Shown here piece by piece: positions 1 through 13,629 of a stretch of DNA of 64,000 nt. The position numbers and the translations under genes were made by a program. Origin of the DNA: Balanoglossus misakiensis (lineage: Eukaryota; Animalia; Hemichordata); NCBI GenBank assembly GCA_040954595.2, contig CM082578.2:5314831-5378830 (forward strand), written 5' to 3'. The notes below the pieces were generated by a model. That model was not told where the DNA came from and did no database searches. It saw only the letters and a program-made list of their open reading frames with translations. Numbering within the stretch: the stretch's first letter is position 1; the number at the start of each line of letters is the position of its first letter.

Positions 1-3000
1 GGACTGTGTGTTGTTCTTTCATCAGTGTATTTTTTATACTTCTCTGTACTTTGCAATAGATCAGATATGGATACTTGTCTCATGGTCTCTACCAGGTCAC
101 ATCTTAAGCGTCTTGCATTATCCTTGTGCTGAAGCAGAAGAATCTTTACAATCTGACTTCCAGTCTTCTTGAAGTTTGTGATGGTTGAAAGCATATCAGG
201 AATTCCTGGCATGGTGTCTTTGATGTATCTTGCCAACGAATATCTGAAAACAATTCCAGACACTTTCAAGGAATGAAAATGGTGAAATGCAATTACATGT
301 TCTACCGCTGACCCCACATTTAGAATCACAGATTACAGAAAAGGTGTGTTATATCACCATTACTTGTGGATCCAATCAAAGGAAGATTTCTTCAGAGCAA
401 TATCGACATAACTGCAGTCATTACATTGCATTTCCACTGAAGTCTATGCTGGTGTATTTTTACAGAAGAAAACTTCAACCTACCCACTCAGTATCTGAGT
501 GTGAAATTCCACCACATCCTGTTGTACAGTAAAAGAACAATCCTTGGTAACATCTTTCCATTCATAATTACCAGCTTCATCTTTTAGTATGCAGAGTTCT
601 GTTTCATTAGATGAGACATATGGAATGTCTGGTGGCAGTGGGATGGTTAGTTTTACAGGCTTCTTGAACTTTACTCTTTCCCTCTGGCCTCGATTGATGT
701 ACACTATGGATGCAAAGGACACATCCAGAGATTCTCCACCAGTTGGGAAGACACTATCAACTGTGTTATAGCAACAGCCATGGACCTTCAATACAAACAA
801 TAAGCCTCATTGAATGTTGTCACTATACCAGTACATACCGGTACATGTATACCTGGCTGAATTATCTCCTGTCTAAGAGTTTAACTGCTTATGGCTGCAG
901 CCTGTCAAAGTTTTTGGCAAAATTAATCAATCAAACAAGCAATCTATCAGCTGATGCAGTTCCACCTTAATCTCTTAATGTCATGTTAATCTCTAAGTGG
1001 GGTAATAACAGGTATGGGTAAATGTTGGTGGTTGTGATGGTGGTTGTGGTGATGAAGATGATGATGATATTTACCTCTAATATTATAGCCTTTTCATCCT
1101 CTATGGCATCTTCTGGAACTACGATGCTAATCCGTTCGTCTTTTCTTGAGGTAAATTTTCCACCTTCTTTGCCGATATCAAATGTGTCTGTATAAGGTCT
1201 TGAAATTGCGATGAAAAGTGAAAAATGGCAGACTTCTACCTTGATATGATTGTCTTCCTGAATAAAAATCAACATTTAACAATATCATTTTCACTTTAGT
1301 GTATGGTCAGAATCTTTATGAACAAATGATTAGCACTTTTGATTGGTGGTGGTATTAATTGCTCTGGTAGTAAAACAAACATTGTCTCAGAGACTGTGTT
1401 TTGTTTTGCCAAATGGAAGATTAGTAATTGCAATGACATTGATAACTGTAGTACAATTTCACTGTGCAGAACCATGATGTACCAGGCCCATAACAGGGGC
1501 TCTGAGACATATTCGTTATGATGTTTGGGGGGGGGGGGAGGTTGTGTTCCTCGAAAAAAGGGTGAGCTAGTGGGTACTTACTTCAACAGTTTTCAACTCT
1601 TCCCATGTTTCACGATTTTTGCTTGTCAGGATGATCTGTTCTCTCGTAAACGGTTGAACATTTAAACACTTCCTCACAAGGTAGACTGGTTTCTTCAGTG
1701 TAATGTGATCTGCCTCAAAATCAAGGACATCTGACTGATACCATTCAAAGTCTGCAAGAGGGACCTTGGTGACGTTCTTGTTACATGTGACCAACAATGT
1801 TGTGTCTTCTTCAACACATTCTGGTGGGACCTCGAGCGAAAATCCACATGGTAATTTGTAGGAACATCTTTCCTTTAGGGAAAAACAACAATCATTACAA
1901 ATCAGAAATGGGGCTGGAAATCTCCACTTTTGAAGGTTCAATGTTAAATAAATTCTGTCATAGAACTAGAAAGCATCCTTGCGACCGAAAACGAAGTTCC
2001 AGAGACCAGCACTATTGTATATTATTGTATAATTTTAAAAAGGAACAGTTTGCATTGAAAAAGGAGTGCCTATAACCTGTCGTGGTGCATGTTGAAAATA
2101 AAATGCAAGCCAAGTTTGAAACCCTATTGTTTCATAAAATTTCCAGATGTCCTTGATATTTGTTTCAACCCATCTAGAATGTACTGTTTAATTATAATTT
2201 ATCAAGTTTGAGATGAAATTATGACAAATGCACAATTTTGGACAGTATAGATATTGAACACAGAACAAAACCTATACTGAGAAAAAATGATTCAAAAAAT
2301 ACATCATGCCTACCTCATTAGCAGCGATGAGCAGAAGTAATCTTTGGTCTCTGATATCCTCTGAAATGCAAATATTTTAGGGGAGTTATTTGCCTGAGAG
2401 TAATGTTTACAATAAATTAACATACCAGACTATATTGTAACAATTATAAGTCAAGCTGTACATTTCTTTGGTTTCAACTGCAATATGAGCCTTCCAAGTC
2501 TGTTTTTCATTTGATATGCACTGGACCTTTTATATTGCTGATAAACAAAGTGTGGTTGTCAGGCAAAATTATGACATTAAGTGCTCAAAACACACCTTGA
2601 TGATGAGGTCCTTGGGTTCTTGTACTCTCGTCTAATTCAAGGAGCTTCTTGATTGCCTTCTGTTTTAGCATATTCCGTTCTTCAAGTTGGTCAACCTCTT
2701 TCTTCAAACTTTCTATATCAGTACCACCTTGGATTAGTTTGTCAGTTAATTTCTTTTCTAGTAGTTCCTTCTCTTTTTTGACTTCTTTGAGTATTTTCTC
2801 TGTACATTTCTTTTCTTCCTTTTTTTCTTCCAGCCTTCCTTGCAGTACTACCATCTCTTTTTTCATTTCTTCCAGATCCTGTCCAGACAGTTCAGTTTGA
2901 ATGGGTTTCTCTTCTCTCAAGTGTTTTTCAGTGCTGCTCTCTTTGCTTGATTGTATTCTGTCATGAAGCAGGAATGTTGCCCATTCTGCAACTATGGTAA

Positions 3001-5679
3001 GAGATAATATTTGTGAGATAATCACCAGCCAAATCAAAGGTGTTTATGGTGGAGACTGGATAGTCAATACATTATCAAGAGTTATCACTGCACCCTGAAG
3101 AATCACATAAGTTTGATTGTCTAGCCTAGCTGTGCTCACACAACCAATGTTTTTTTTTTTAATTTCAGTTGAGCTGTGTAGTTTTTTTTTACTCTTTGTT
3201 TGGATGTCATCAGACTGGAACAAGTCATTGTTGATGACATAGTCCTTGCTTTATTAATAGATTAAAGAAACATGGAAGAATTGTTTCCTTAAGCTATTAA
3301 TCAAGCCTGTACTGAATTTCTAATGAGACGTTTTCTGGAAAAGTTTCAAAGGTAAAGGAATATGCTGTCTGAAATAATCTAAACTCTTTTCTCCATCATC
3401 ACCCTGTAACAACATATTCATTTGTAAAGATGACAACTAAACATGAGGAACGAAATAATTCAATAAAAGTGACATCTATAAAAATTCTGAGAGAATACAG
3501 ACCCATAGAAAATCTATGATGATATATTTGCTTGAGTTATATAGCATGCATACAATGAAGAAAGGAACCCTTGGAAAGCCATACTGGACTGGAGAAACAC
3601 ACCCACAGAAGGAAAGTTAAGTAGTCCAGTTCAGCGCTAAATGTCACGCCGCACCCGCACACTTCTGCCAACAGCAACTAAATTGCTAGAGCCTAGAGTC
3701 ATACCAGGTGCAGGGATCTGCCCACGCTGGTCGGCGCCGGTCGCGCGCGACCGGCACTCTTCAGGCCGCAACCAGGACAAAAAGGTCGCGACCATTGCTA
3801 TTGTTCGCTGTGATACGCGCGTTTTGGCGTGAGAAATTTTCTTTTTCGGCGGAAATCAAACACATGGGAGGAGAGAGTCAACAAAGAAACCCGCTAAACT
3901 GTCGATAACAAGGTCGCGCGCGTTCGACTGACCGTGCGCGGTACATCGGGTCTACAGCTCGATGCAGCCGGCTGGGTCCCGCGATCGCGCGCGACCATCC
4001 ACTCTTGAGATCGACTCCAAAGTCGTTGTCACGGTCGGGATTGCTAATGGCCTCGATCGGTATAAAATTGTAGTCTTTGAAACCCCCAAAATCGTCATCA
4101 ATTGTTGATGTCGCCGTCATGAAAATGTCCGGTGAAAAATTGCCTGTCTTCCGGGTTTACAAAGCAAAGGAAAGACGCATACTGTCAAAGGTCACGTAAT
4201 TAGGTCAGGTCGATAACACTTTACATCGAGCTCATGAATATTAATAATCTCATTAATATTCATGAGCGCGACCACCACTCTGTTTTGGCTCGGCAGAACC
4301 CTGCAGGTGTCACCGACGACATCAAACAGCGCCGTAGAAAAGCCAAATTCTACTACGACAGAAATGCCAAGGCATTACCTGAACTACTCATCGGACAACC
4401 AGTCAGAGTAAAACCCCCACCTACTGACAGAGAGAGAAAATGGCGCCTCGGTACATGCAAACAACAAGTCGCCCCCCGTTCATATCTGGTAGACGTCAAT
4501 GGTCACCTATGAGTGACCGTGCCTATACAAACGAAACCGCAAGAACCTGAGAACCACCAAGGAGGAAAGTCCAGTGATGTGCAAAGCAGAATCGTTTGAC
4601 CAACCAGAGATGACCAGAGGTACACCAGTGGAGAAGCCAACCGTATAGACCACTAGTATTGCACCGTCCGACAGTCCATCAAAACCAGCACCAGCAGATG
4701 TACAACCGATGAGCAGAAACACAAGAACAAGAGCTGTGAATCCACCTTCGTTTTCGCGCTTTGTTATGACTTTGTTATGACATGACATTCAATGAGTGAA
4801 CTATGACCTGGAAGTGTTGGAGAGAGACATTGCTCAGACTATGCATATGTTCATGTTGTGCTTGATTCTGTGTTGATTTTGAGTTTGCATGCTTTGAACT
4901 CTAGACTTTATTTGTTGAAAGACATTTCGTGTTTACAGTTCCTGCTTTCAAAACGAAAAAAGAGAGATGTTACGATATGGACCACAGACACACAGTGAAC
5001 ATGCTATATACTTATGTATGATGTCATCCTTACTATTTTGATTGGCATGTAAGTCATCGGGATGTAAGCGTGGTGATGCGCCATCTTGTAGATTCGCTTG
5101 TGGAACACACATCGAAACAGGTGAAGTTTCTCTTGAAAAGCGTTCTCTGTCCAATGTTTTCAGCATCACGTCAGGGTGACCTGTTGCCTTCAATGCGTCA
5201 TATAGTATAGTGTAGCCATTGACTGTTCTTTTGAAAATCTCTAAAAGATACGCTCCTAGCCCAACTCCTCCTCTCAGCTGTGAAAAATATGAGAATCTCA
5301 ATTAGCACATACAAGTCATACATGACTCATATTATTGAGTCGGTTGTTACTTCAGATGTCCCTATTAACGTCCTGCAGATTGCTAGGCTTTTCGTTTGTA
5401 TTGGTCAAACAGAGAGACGACAACCATTTACCTATGTCAGGTATATTCATTGAGTATTATGGTTTAGTCCTCTCAAGACTTTCCATCGAACCCGGCCGCC
5501 CTCGTATACATTGGACTTCTAAAACCAGCATCATTACTTACTTTTAAAGCTCGATCATCTGTGCTTTTTATTACACCTGGGTGTTTTCTTCGGGTGTACT
5601 CGACAACCTTCGTCACTTGTAAATTGACAATGAAGAAATGTCTATTGTCATCCAAGATTGCTTTCTGAGCGGTATCCAT
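1..5679 (-). CDS. CARD - coiled-coil - ZU5 - ZU5 - UPA protein (PIDD1-like C-terminal half with an N-terminal CARD); 3' end lies outside the window
   Basis: Phase-compatible GT-AG exons: 5679-5542, 5277-~5034 (donor uncertain), 2991-2596, 2360-2314, 1872-1582, 1257-1075, 785-484, 243-<1. The CARD-like start reads MDTAQKAILDDNRHFFIVNLQVTKVV...AYLLEIFKR..GY..LY.ALKATGH, followed by a K/E-rich coiled coil. VCHFSLFIAISRP...GGKF...ISIVVPEDA resembles PIDD1 VPHFSWFLVVSRP...VIFPPGA. KKPVKLTIPLPP is ZU5-like and IVKILLLQHK is UPA-like. Confidence 0.8.
3711..4303. mobile_element. Non-autonomous TIR element (MITE) nested in the Gypsy integrase
   Basis: TIRs CAGGGATCTGCC / GGCAGAACCCTG with a CAGGTG direct repeat on both sides (3705-3710, 4304-4309). 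Removing the element and one repeat restores the integrase frame (VIPG|VTDD). Confidence 0.85.
4968..5119 (+). repeat. 152-bp LTR
   Basis: Begins TGTTACGAT and ends ATCGAAACA (8/9 terminal inverted repeat); lies immediately after the PPT. Confidence 0.7.
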
Positions 5680-5719
5680 AATGATGGGATGCTTGACAGC
5701 CTCGTGTATCTAGTTATTT

Positions 5720-5945
5720 GGGGAGAGACAAATGCTCAGAAAGAGGGGGGAGGGAGAATGAGGGCCAGAGAGGGAGTAGGAGAGCAAGGGAGGGGGAGAG
5801 AAGGAAAGAGAGGAGAGAGAGAGGGAAAAGAACGAGAGGGAGACAGTGGAGAGAGGAAGTGGAGACAGACAGACAGACAGGCAGGCATGCATATATAGAT
5901 GGATAGAGGGAGATACAGACATGTAGACACAGGGAGAGACAGATA
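5720..5945 (+). repeat. GA-rich low-complexity tract with (GACA)n
   Basis: Purine-rich AG/GGAGA tract visible directly. Confidence 0.85.
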
Positions 5946-7341
5946 ATATTAAGTTTCGGTGTAACAGCGCAGTTGAACGTCTTTCAATATGTTGAACTAT
6001 TTCCTCGTTACAGGCCTATGAATATCTTTCTTAATAATTTGAAGTCAAAATGGGTTCATTTTAAAGCTCTGAAGGGATAGATCGATGTGTATTAAACGGG
6101 ACATTAGCTGTAACTTTTGGCTCTATTTCCAGTATCTTTGTTATGTGTATCAAATGCAATTTCTTACTCTATCACAAACATGGTAATATACCCAGTACAC
6201 TTGTTAACATAACCCATAGCTATGCATAACCTCAATGTGTGTAACAGCCATTGTTATTGTTGACAAATGTATTCTACTCCGGACATGAATTCAAATTTTG
6301 CACATATAACAATGCTCACTACACACATTTATGTAGCTACATGCTAGTACATGTATATCACCATGTTTCAGCAATTTGAACAAGAAACTGCAGTGCATAT
6401 ACAAAACAAATTGCCAGGACAAGCTGTTTCTGAGAAGAGTTTTATTTTGACCAAAATGAGCAAATATATTGTCCCCAAAATTATAGTTTTGAAAAATACT
6501 TAGATCATTTCCAGGGACCTGCCACACCAATCCCGAAAGTAATATTGCCAGCAGTTTTTCATCAGCAGTCAATTGCAGACAAACAGACGGAGAAAAGACG
6601 GACATATGACGAAGGACAGATGACTTAAGGTTGCATTGCATGAAACCGTCGAGACTTTTTCAGGGGCCTATTTCTCATCAAAGACAACGTTAAAACCCCC
6701 ATAAACCATATATATTCTGGAAGCTGAGTTTTTGAACTTTTGTTTGAGTTGCATATATTATTGATCCCCGGAAATGGTGGCGTTTTCGGGTTAAAAAAAC
6801 ATTTCTTTTGATATTATGTCATTCAATTTAAATTAGGTAAAAAAGTTGACCATGTATCATGTATCTTAATATGTCATTCGAAGCTAGGGTACACGTGCAA
6901 AAAACGGTAATTTTGTTTTGCGTTGTCTGCTTCCATTGAGGAGTAACAGCGTTTGAAAGTTAGATTTTTAGAAAATTTGATCAAATTCACAGTGAGTTGT
7001 ATCGAATCAGAGTTTATTCCCGCCAACGACACTTTATCGACTAAAAAATCCATTTTGTTGGATGGGTCATACACAATCCCCTGTTAAAATTTGAGCAAAT
7101 TCGGCCAACGCAGAGCGATGCTAAATTCGTCTGAAGTTGTCAAAAGCAGCGAAAATTGCAAACCGAGAAAATCGCGTCATGGACACAGTGGTCCCATTGA
7201 GGGAATACACAAGAAAAAGTCTACACCGGAGTACATGGCCATATACAGACAGACAGACAGACACACACACACACACACAGCAAGAGATCAATGGGCAAGC
7301 ACTGACTGACCCATAAGCTGCAAATGGCATATGTACTGTAC

Positions 7342-8023
7342 CACAGACAAAGAGAAAAAACAGACTAGCAATGCGGCATGTCCCTTTGATGTCTTGTTCA
7401 CCTCGGCAAACAATGGCAAACAATAGGCTTCAAATGTGTCAAATGGGTTAGACATGGCGGAGATTTCCCAGAATACTTTGCGGTTGCGTCATTATCGACA
7501 GCTGCAGTACCTTGCCTGACATAGCTTTGCACTCAGGACTCGACTGAAACACTACTTCACGACGACCACGATTTACACTTGATTTACACGTTAGAAGTAG
7601 TATTTGCATCTACAACCCATGCAAGTTTACAGAACATGATTCGGCGAACAGGAATCCATTCCAAAAAAATCGAGATTGATGATTAAACCTTTTCAAATTT
7701 ACGATCAAACACACTTATTATATATTCATACGTTTTTATTAAATGGTAAAACTCATCGCTCCGATGCTCAAACTTCCTCCAATTTTCACTGTCCACTCGC
7801 CTTCCGTCTACAGCTGACTGAAAACGACAACACGAACTTTCACGAAAACACTTTCGTTTTATTATCGGGAAAATTCCGGACATTGCCGAAGTGGATACGT
7901 TCGGAAATCTTCGGAGACAAGCTGCACCTTGAAGGCGAGCTGAGACACGCATAGGGGGATTAGGAGGTGTACTTCACACCTTTTGACAATAGCCTGGCTA
8001 GTCTGTTTTTCTCTTTGTCTGTG
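7342..8023. mobile_element. Non-autonomous P-element-like TIR element
   Basis: ~27-bp TIRs CACAGACAAAGAGAAAAAACAGACTAGC / GCTAGTCTGTTTTTCTCTTTGTCTGTG; 7-bp TSD ACTGTAC (7335-7341, 8024-8030); CA...TG termini. Confidence 0.85.
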
Positions 8024-8129
8024 ACTGTACATACACTACATGTAAATAGAACAGCTGGCCTCTTTAAAACTTAGCCAGTTATGTAATCATTCAGGAATTT
8101 GCTGTGTATATAAACAACTCAATAAAGTA

Positions 8130-8416
8130 AATACACACCACTTCGCAAAGCACTCTGACCAGTAGTTCTTGAGTTACTGAGTTTTGACCAAATTCACATT
8201 TTTCCAGCTAATTTGCATATTTTTGGCAATGACAACTTCATTTGAACAAACTCCCATCTACAGCCCAGCCTGCATCAGCACACCAAATATCAAGGTGATA
8301 CACGCAGTGGTTTTCAAGTTTTTGATGTGGACGGACATACATCCATCCATACATAAAGACGCAACCGATCCCATAAGGTCCCATGGTATATAGGCCTATA
8401 CCAATGGGACCTAAAA
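8130..8416 (+). mobile_element. Probable Helentron-associated (HINE/DINE-like) non-autonomous element
   Basis: An internal GGAC/CATC/CATA microsatellite is followed by a 3' stem-loop GGTCCCATGGTATA...TATACCAATGGGACC and then TAAAA. The 5' boundary is approximate. Confidence 0.45.
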
Positions 8417-8850
8417 ACGGACATTTGCATTGTTGACACTTATTTCTTCTCCTGCCTCGAAAGTATCGACTTCAAAAAAACAACAACACAAATACAGGTG
8501 TATTTCGACAAGGGGTAATTAAATAACTTGAATGTGCATCGGACATGAAATCAAATCCAACGACGGAAATTCAGCTGAAAAACTTCGCCGAATCTGAGGT
8601 AAACGCGCCCAGGTACTCCCGCTATGTGACATAATCTATTTCCAAACATGGGCGGGTCATTACATCGGAAATGTGTTTACAAGGCAACGGCAAGAGATTA
8701 GTCCGAAGCTTGGACGCTCAAAAAAAACTGTTTATCGGCAACGAAAGAATAAATAATCATTGTTTTTGACAACGATAACAGTATTCGAGACAACAGAGTA
8801 GAGCTATTTGGATGAAATGGGTTCTTAAATCTATATTCATCGCTTCGTAA

Positions 8851-9627
8851 GGCTGCATTCACAAACACCTCTGGAGGGGGGGGGGGCGGGAGAATTGAGG
8901 GGGAGGATTTGAAAAAAAATTGAGGGTATGTAAGGGGGGATTTGAATTAACTTAGGGACTGAAAGGGGGGACCTGAAAACTTTGAGGACTAAATATTTAT
9001 TTTGAGTCCACAAAAATGCAGTTTTGAACCCTTCATAATACAAAATGTTTAATGTGGGAGGGAGACACCCCCTCCCACACCCACCCCGTCATTCATCAAC
9101 ACCTTTCAATCATTGACTGGTTTATCTAGTGGCCCAGGTCAGAGGACTTACCCCCCCCCCCCCCCCCACCCCATGCTAACTTTGAGCAGGGAAGGTTAAA
9201 TGTGTCCTCCCCAACATACCGGTAGTTGAGTTAATTTGCTTTTGGGTTCGTTAAAATGCAGCTTTGAGCTCTGTATTTTATAAAATTTTCTTACCCACCC
9301 CCTTCACTTCTCGGTTTACAATGTCTGCCAACACAGAATACAAATAAATTAAAAATATAAACAATGTTCAGTTTTAATACCCACTGATGAGGGAAAACAT
9401 CAGTTTCAAATTCTTTTCATGGGAGCGCTGTTTTTCTTTTTTTTTACAAGATAGATAGGTGATGTGTTTTGCTGTGTGAAAGAAAATGGGGGGGGGGGAT
9501 TTCAAAGTTTTAGCAGTTCGGAAGGGGGGATTTAAAAATATTTCGGGTTGTGCATGTGAAAATTAACAGTAAAAAATTGAATTCTCCCGCCCCTCCCCCC
9601 CCTCCAGAGGTGTTTGTGAATGCAGCC
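8851..9627. mobile_element. PIF/Harbinger-like MITE, copy 1
   Basis: TIR GGCTGCATTCACAAACACCTCTGGAGGGGG at both ends; TAA TSD; internal G/C homopolymer runs. Confidence 0.9.
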
Positions 9628-11969
9628 TAAGTGGAAAATAACTATGGTACCATATACATTGAGTGGTCGTTGTGCTATTTGTGACCTGATCATCCATGAG
9701 TACTGAATTTGTATACATAGAAACGGTGCGGGAGTGAAGGCTTGGTGAGATGAGTCACGTGCCACAAAGTTCATGGAAAAATAGAAAAACAGCGACATAA
9801 ACTACTTCAACACGTCTTCAACAATTATATGGGGTGTAGCACCCGCCAAAGCAGCCCCAAAACTCTGACATTACATTATAGCTGTCTGAAGAAAAGCGTG
9901 CCAACTGGGCAGATGCACGCGCATCGTTTCCCGTTTCACACATACAATAAACAACTTTTGTGATGGATGGCTTCTTTCTGTGAAGGGTGACAAGACATCA
10001 GCTTCAATGATGACGTCATGTTGTTTATTTAGAAAGGAAAGCGTCCCTTTACCACAATTTTGCCGTAGTCTGGGAGACCCTTTCTCTAGGGTCTGACACG
10101 ATTGAAATCAAAGTGTGCAAAACTTCACGGAGGCGAACTATTTGACTGTGTGGGTGGTTACATTTTAGACATATATAGCTACCCTGTTGATCGTGAAAAT
10201 CTGAAGTATGAGTGGGCGACTGAGTTAAACTATCGATCCAGCGATTAAATTGTTGTACGCTCAGAGGGTCTGCCGGGTCGTAACCTCTACAAACGTACAC
10301 GTACACGTACACAACCATCGACGAAACCGAAACGTGTCTGATTACATTAAATAGGTATAAAACAATATATGACATTGCCTAGTTGAGCATCAGGTTTCGA
10401 AAAACTGGAACAGCAACAAGGATTTATTGGCAAAAGTTGAACACGTCACCAAAGTTTTAAATATCATTTACTAGTATGTCTTCCGCTGTTACAGCTTTTA
10501 GCATTCGGTGCATTAAAACGTTAAACTATCGCGTTGTACTCACATTTACAGTTTTTCCTTGTGTCGCCCACTGGTGTAAAATGAAATTTCTGGAGACACA
10601 CGTCACGTGCCACGGCCGAAAAGATGTAAGAAATCAGTCTGTCAGGTGCTGCAGCTTCTACTACAATGGCGACTATCACACAAAGTCACACGACTAAAAA
10701 CAAGTCCGTATCAGTGCTCCTCGCTACCTAGTCGTTTCGACCATATATGGTCGACACGATTGTCCAATGACCATATGGTGGCGCACCCACTGGTGTCACC
10801 CACTTGAAAATTGTGATTGGCCATACAAATGTATTTCGATTTTTCATAGTAAAAGTGGTTAGGTTTTTATAGTTGACTGTACACTTTTAACTATAACATA
10901 TTGCCCATTGTGTTAAACGTCAAAAAACTTACAATTTTTGTTAACTGTTTTACATATTCTCATTTTATATAAAACGTAACTTGTATTACTTGGCTAGCAA
11001 CCCGTTGCTACGATAATAAATACATTTTTCGCGAGATCTCGCAAAATGGGGCAAATCATCTATTCTTGATTATGTATCAGTTGTTTAGCACAAAAAGTTC
11101 ATGGGCAATACTGAAGTTCAAAGATCAGGGTGCAATACAGAGCAACGCGCTCTTGGCCTGACATCGATGCGGCCAGTCCTATTGCGCCACTATACGGGTG
11201 GCGCAATACTACGTATGAGTTGGATGTCTTGTGACTTTACACTATACAAACGTAAAAAATGTTATCAGGCTGTGGACCAGGCTATGGCCGGTGACTCTAG
11301 GTCATTCAAACGAATGTTTTATATGACCAAATCTGGAATAAATTCGAGAAGTTGACATTCAAATACGCTGGACTTTTGGATATTTTAAATTACGAAATTC
11401 GCACACTAAATGCCGATGTTGTTGGGGACACGTAGCCATGATGTAGCATGCTATTTATTAACCAAAAACTACTTCACACTATACATATATCACCGACCAA
11501 AGCAATGTTATTTGGCATCGCTATAGCAACCTATCGATTAAAAGTACTGAGTAAGGGCAAGGCAGCATTGTCTGACACGACCACTTCACCCTTCGTTGCA
11601 AAGCCTCGACACGACTCTATAATGTGAATAACGTAGGACAAAATACGGGCTTCTCTCAAATTTTGACTACCTACAGGGTTTTTACTTTGTGCTGGGGTCA
11701 GGGTGTCAAACCACATTATAATAATTGCATTCTTGGTAAAAAGTCGACATCTCACTGCAGTCAGACATTGAAGAAATCATATCTTTACTGTATTTCATGA
11801 CTTTGGTCGAACATTTCTGTCGTTGCAGTTAACATATTAATCTGATTCAACTTTTTTACATTTGTTATCTGTTTTGTTACAAAGTTTCATTATGACCCAG
11901 TATCACTTTCGCATATGAACTTCCATTTCCTAAACACGACAAAAATCGGCCATCTTGAAACCATGTCGA

Positions 11970-13583
11970 GTAAACGGAAAGATAGATCAATATCTCCATC
12001 ATCTATTGATGGTCATACGGGTGATGTTGAAGTGGTTAATATGTGGAAAGACCATTACGAGAATATTTTGACAAAAACTGGAAAAGAGTCCGCACCTGAT
12101 TTTATGAACATTGAGTACTGTGATGACATGATTGTATACCATGAAGAAATTTGTGAATTAATTGAGAACCTTAAGACAGGTGCATCGTCGGGTATCGACA
12201 TGGTGTCACCTGAGCACCTGAAGTATGCGCCATACAGAGTCAGTGTTCTACTTTCCCTCTGTTTCACGGCTATTTTAATTCATGGCATTGTTCCCAAACA
12301 ATTGATGACTACGGTTTTAGTTCCCATTCCAAAAAACCCAGGTGGTGACATTTGTGACAATTCTAACTACCGTCCTGTTGCTGTTGCAACAACGATATCT
12401 AAACTGTTAGAGAGAGAGTTTGGTTAAATCGCTGCATGGATTGTCTAACGACTAGCGAGCACCAGTTTGGATTTAAACCAGGTCATGGTACCGATATGTC
12501 AATTTTTGTTCTTAAAGAAATTTTGAATTATTACAAGCGTTGTAACACTCCTGTTTTTGTCACTTTTATGGATGCATCCAAAGCTTTTGATTATGTTCGT
12601 CACGATATTCTCTTTGTAAAACTTTTGGCGAGGGGTGTCAATCCTTATCTCATTAAGATTTTGTCATACATGTATAGGCACCAAGATTTTGTGGTGAGAT
12701 GGAATGGGTTGTTATCTAAACCTTTTCACTCAAAGAATGGGGTTAAACAGGGTGGAATTACGTCACCTATATTTTTCACAGTTTACTTGGATGATATTAG
12801 CAAAAATCTTTCCGCTCTTCCGTATGGCTGCCTTGTAGGGGACTATAAGGTTAATCATTTAATTTACGCCGATGATTTGGTTATTATATCTACTGGAGCC
12901 TATGGCCAGCAGATGCTTGTTGATACTTGTGGTCATTATGGCAGCATTAACTCAATTTTCTTGAATGAGAAAAAAAAACAGTCTGTATGTTAATTCAACC
13001 AAGTATGCGCAGGCTCAGACACGTTCCAATTTATCTGAACGGCCGAATGCTGAATTATGTCAATGTTTATAAATATCTTGGTCACCTTATCACTTGTGAC
13101 CTTAGGGATAATGACGACATTCTAGCTCAAACTCGACAATTTTATGTTCGCGGTAATGCTGTTATTCGTGATTTTAAATTTGCGTCTATCTCTGTTAAAT
13201 GTCATTTGTTTTCTGTATTTTGTGATATCCCGTATTGCTCTTACTTATGGAGTGCTTTTTCTGTGTGTATTTTTAATGCAGTTTGGAGAGCTTACTCCCA
13301 GGTTTTCCGTAAATTGTCTGGTTTTAAACATTCTTTTATTCAGAGCAACAGTGCGATGTTTGTTAATCTTTCTATTTTAACTTTTGATGAAATACTCCGG
13401 AAAAAATCATTCAGCTTTTTAAGCAGACTCCACCTCTCAAGTAATCCACTTGTAGCCAGTGTTTTATCACTATCAGTGTTCTCAAATAGTGGACTTTGGA
13501 AGGTTTGGAGTAGACGATTGTTTTGATGTTTTTATGGTGTTTTGTTTTGCTATGGATTATTTTATAATCTGAATTAAAGATGA

Positions 13584-13628
<45 letters not shown>
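11970..13628 (+). mobile_element. 5'-truncated non-LTR retrotransposon (RTE-X-like LINE), frameshifted RT, copy 1
   Basis: RT motifs NYRPVA, QFGF, FMDASKAFD, GVKQGGITSP, YADD and YKYLG; (AAT)n tail; no endonuclease domain; frameshifts. Confidence 0.9.

Positions 13629-13629
<1 letters not shown>

Larger units (their letters stand above)
3565..5119 (+). mobile_element. Degenerate Gypsy/Ty3 LTR retrotransposon remnant (integrase C-terminus, polypurine tract, 3' LTR)
   Basis: Translates as AILDWRNTP..SPVQR*MSRRTRTLLP...KAKFYYDRNAKALPEL..GQPVRV...W..G....APRSYLV, a typical Gypsy integrase tail with an in-frame stop. The PPT GAAAAAAGAGAGA (4955-4967) directly precedes a TG...CA LTR. Confidence 0.85.

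Noticed and set aside
5638-5930. Arg/Glu/Gly-rich and Ser/Leu/Pro-rich ORFs
   Set aside because: Low-complexity GA tract upstream of the first coding exon.
6645-7285. Probable interspersed repeat ending in (CAGA)n(CA)n
   Set aside because: Looks repeat-derived, but no termini, TSD or second copy in the window, so it cannot be delimited or classified.
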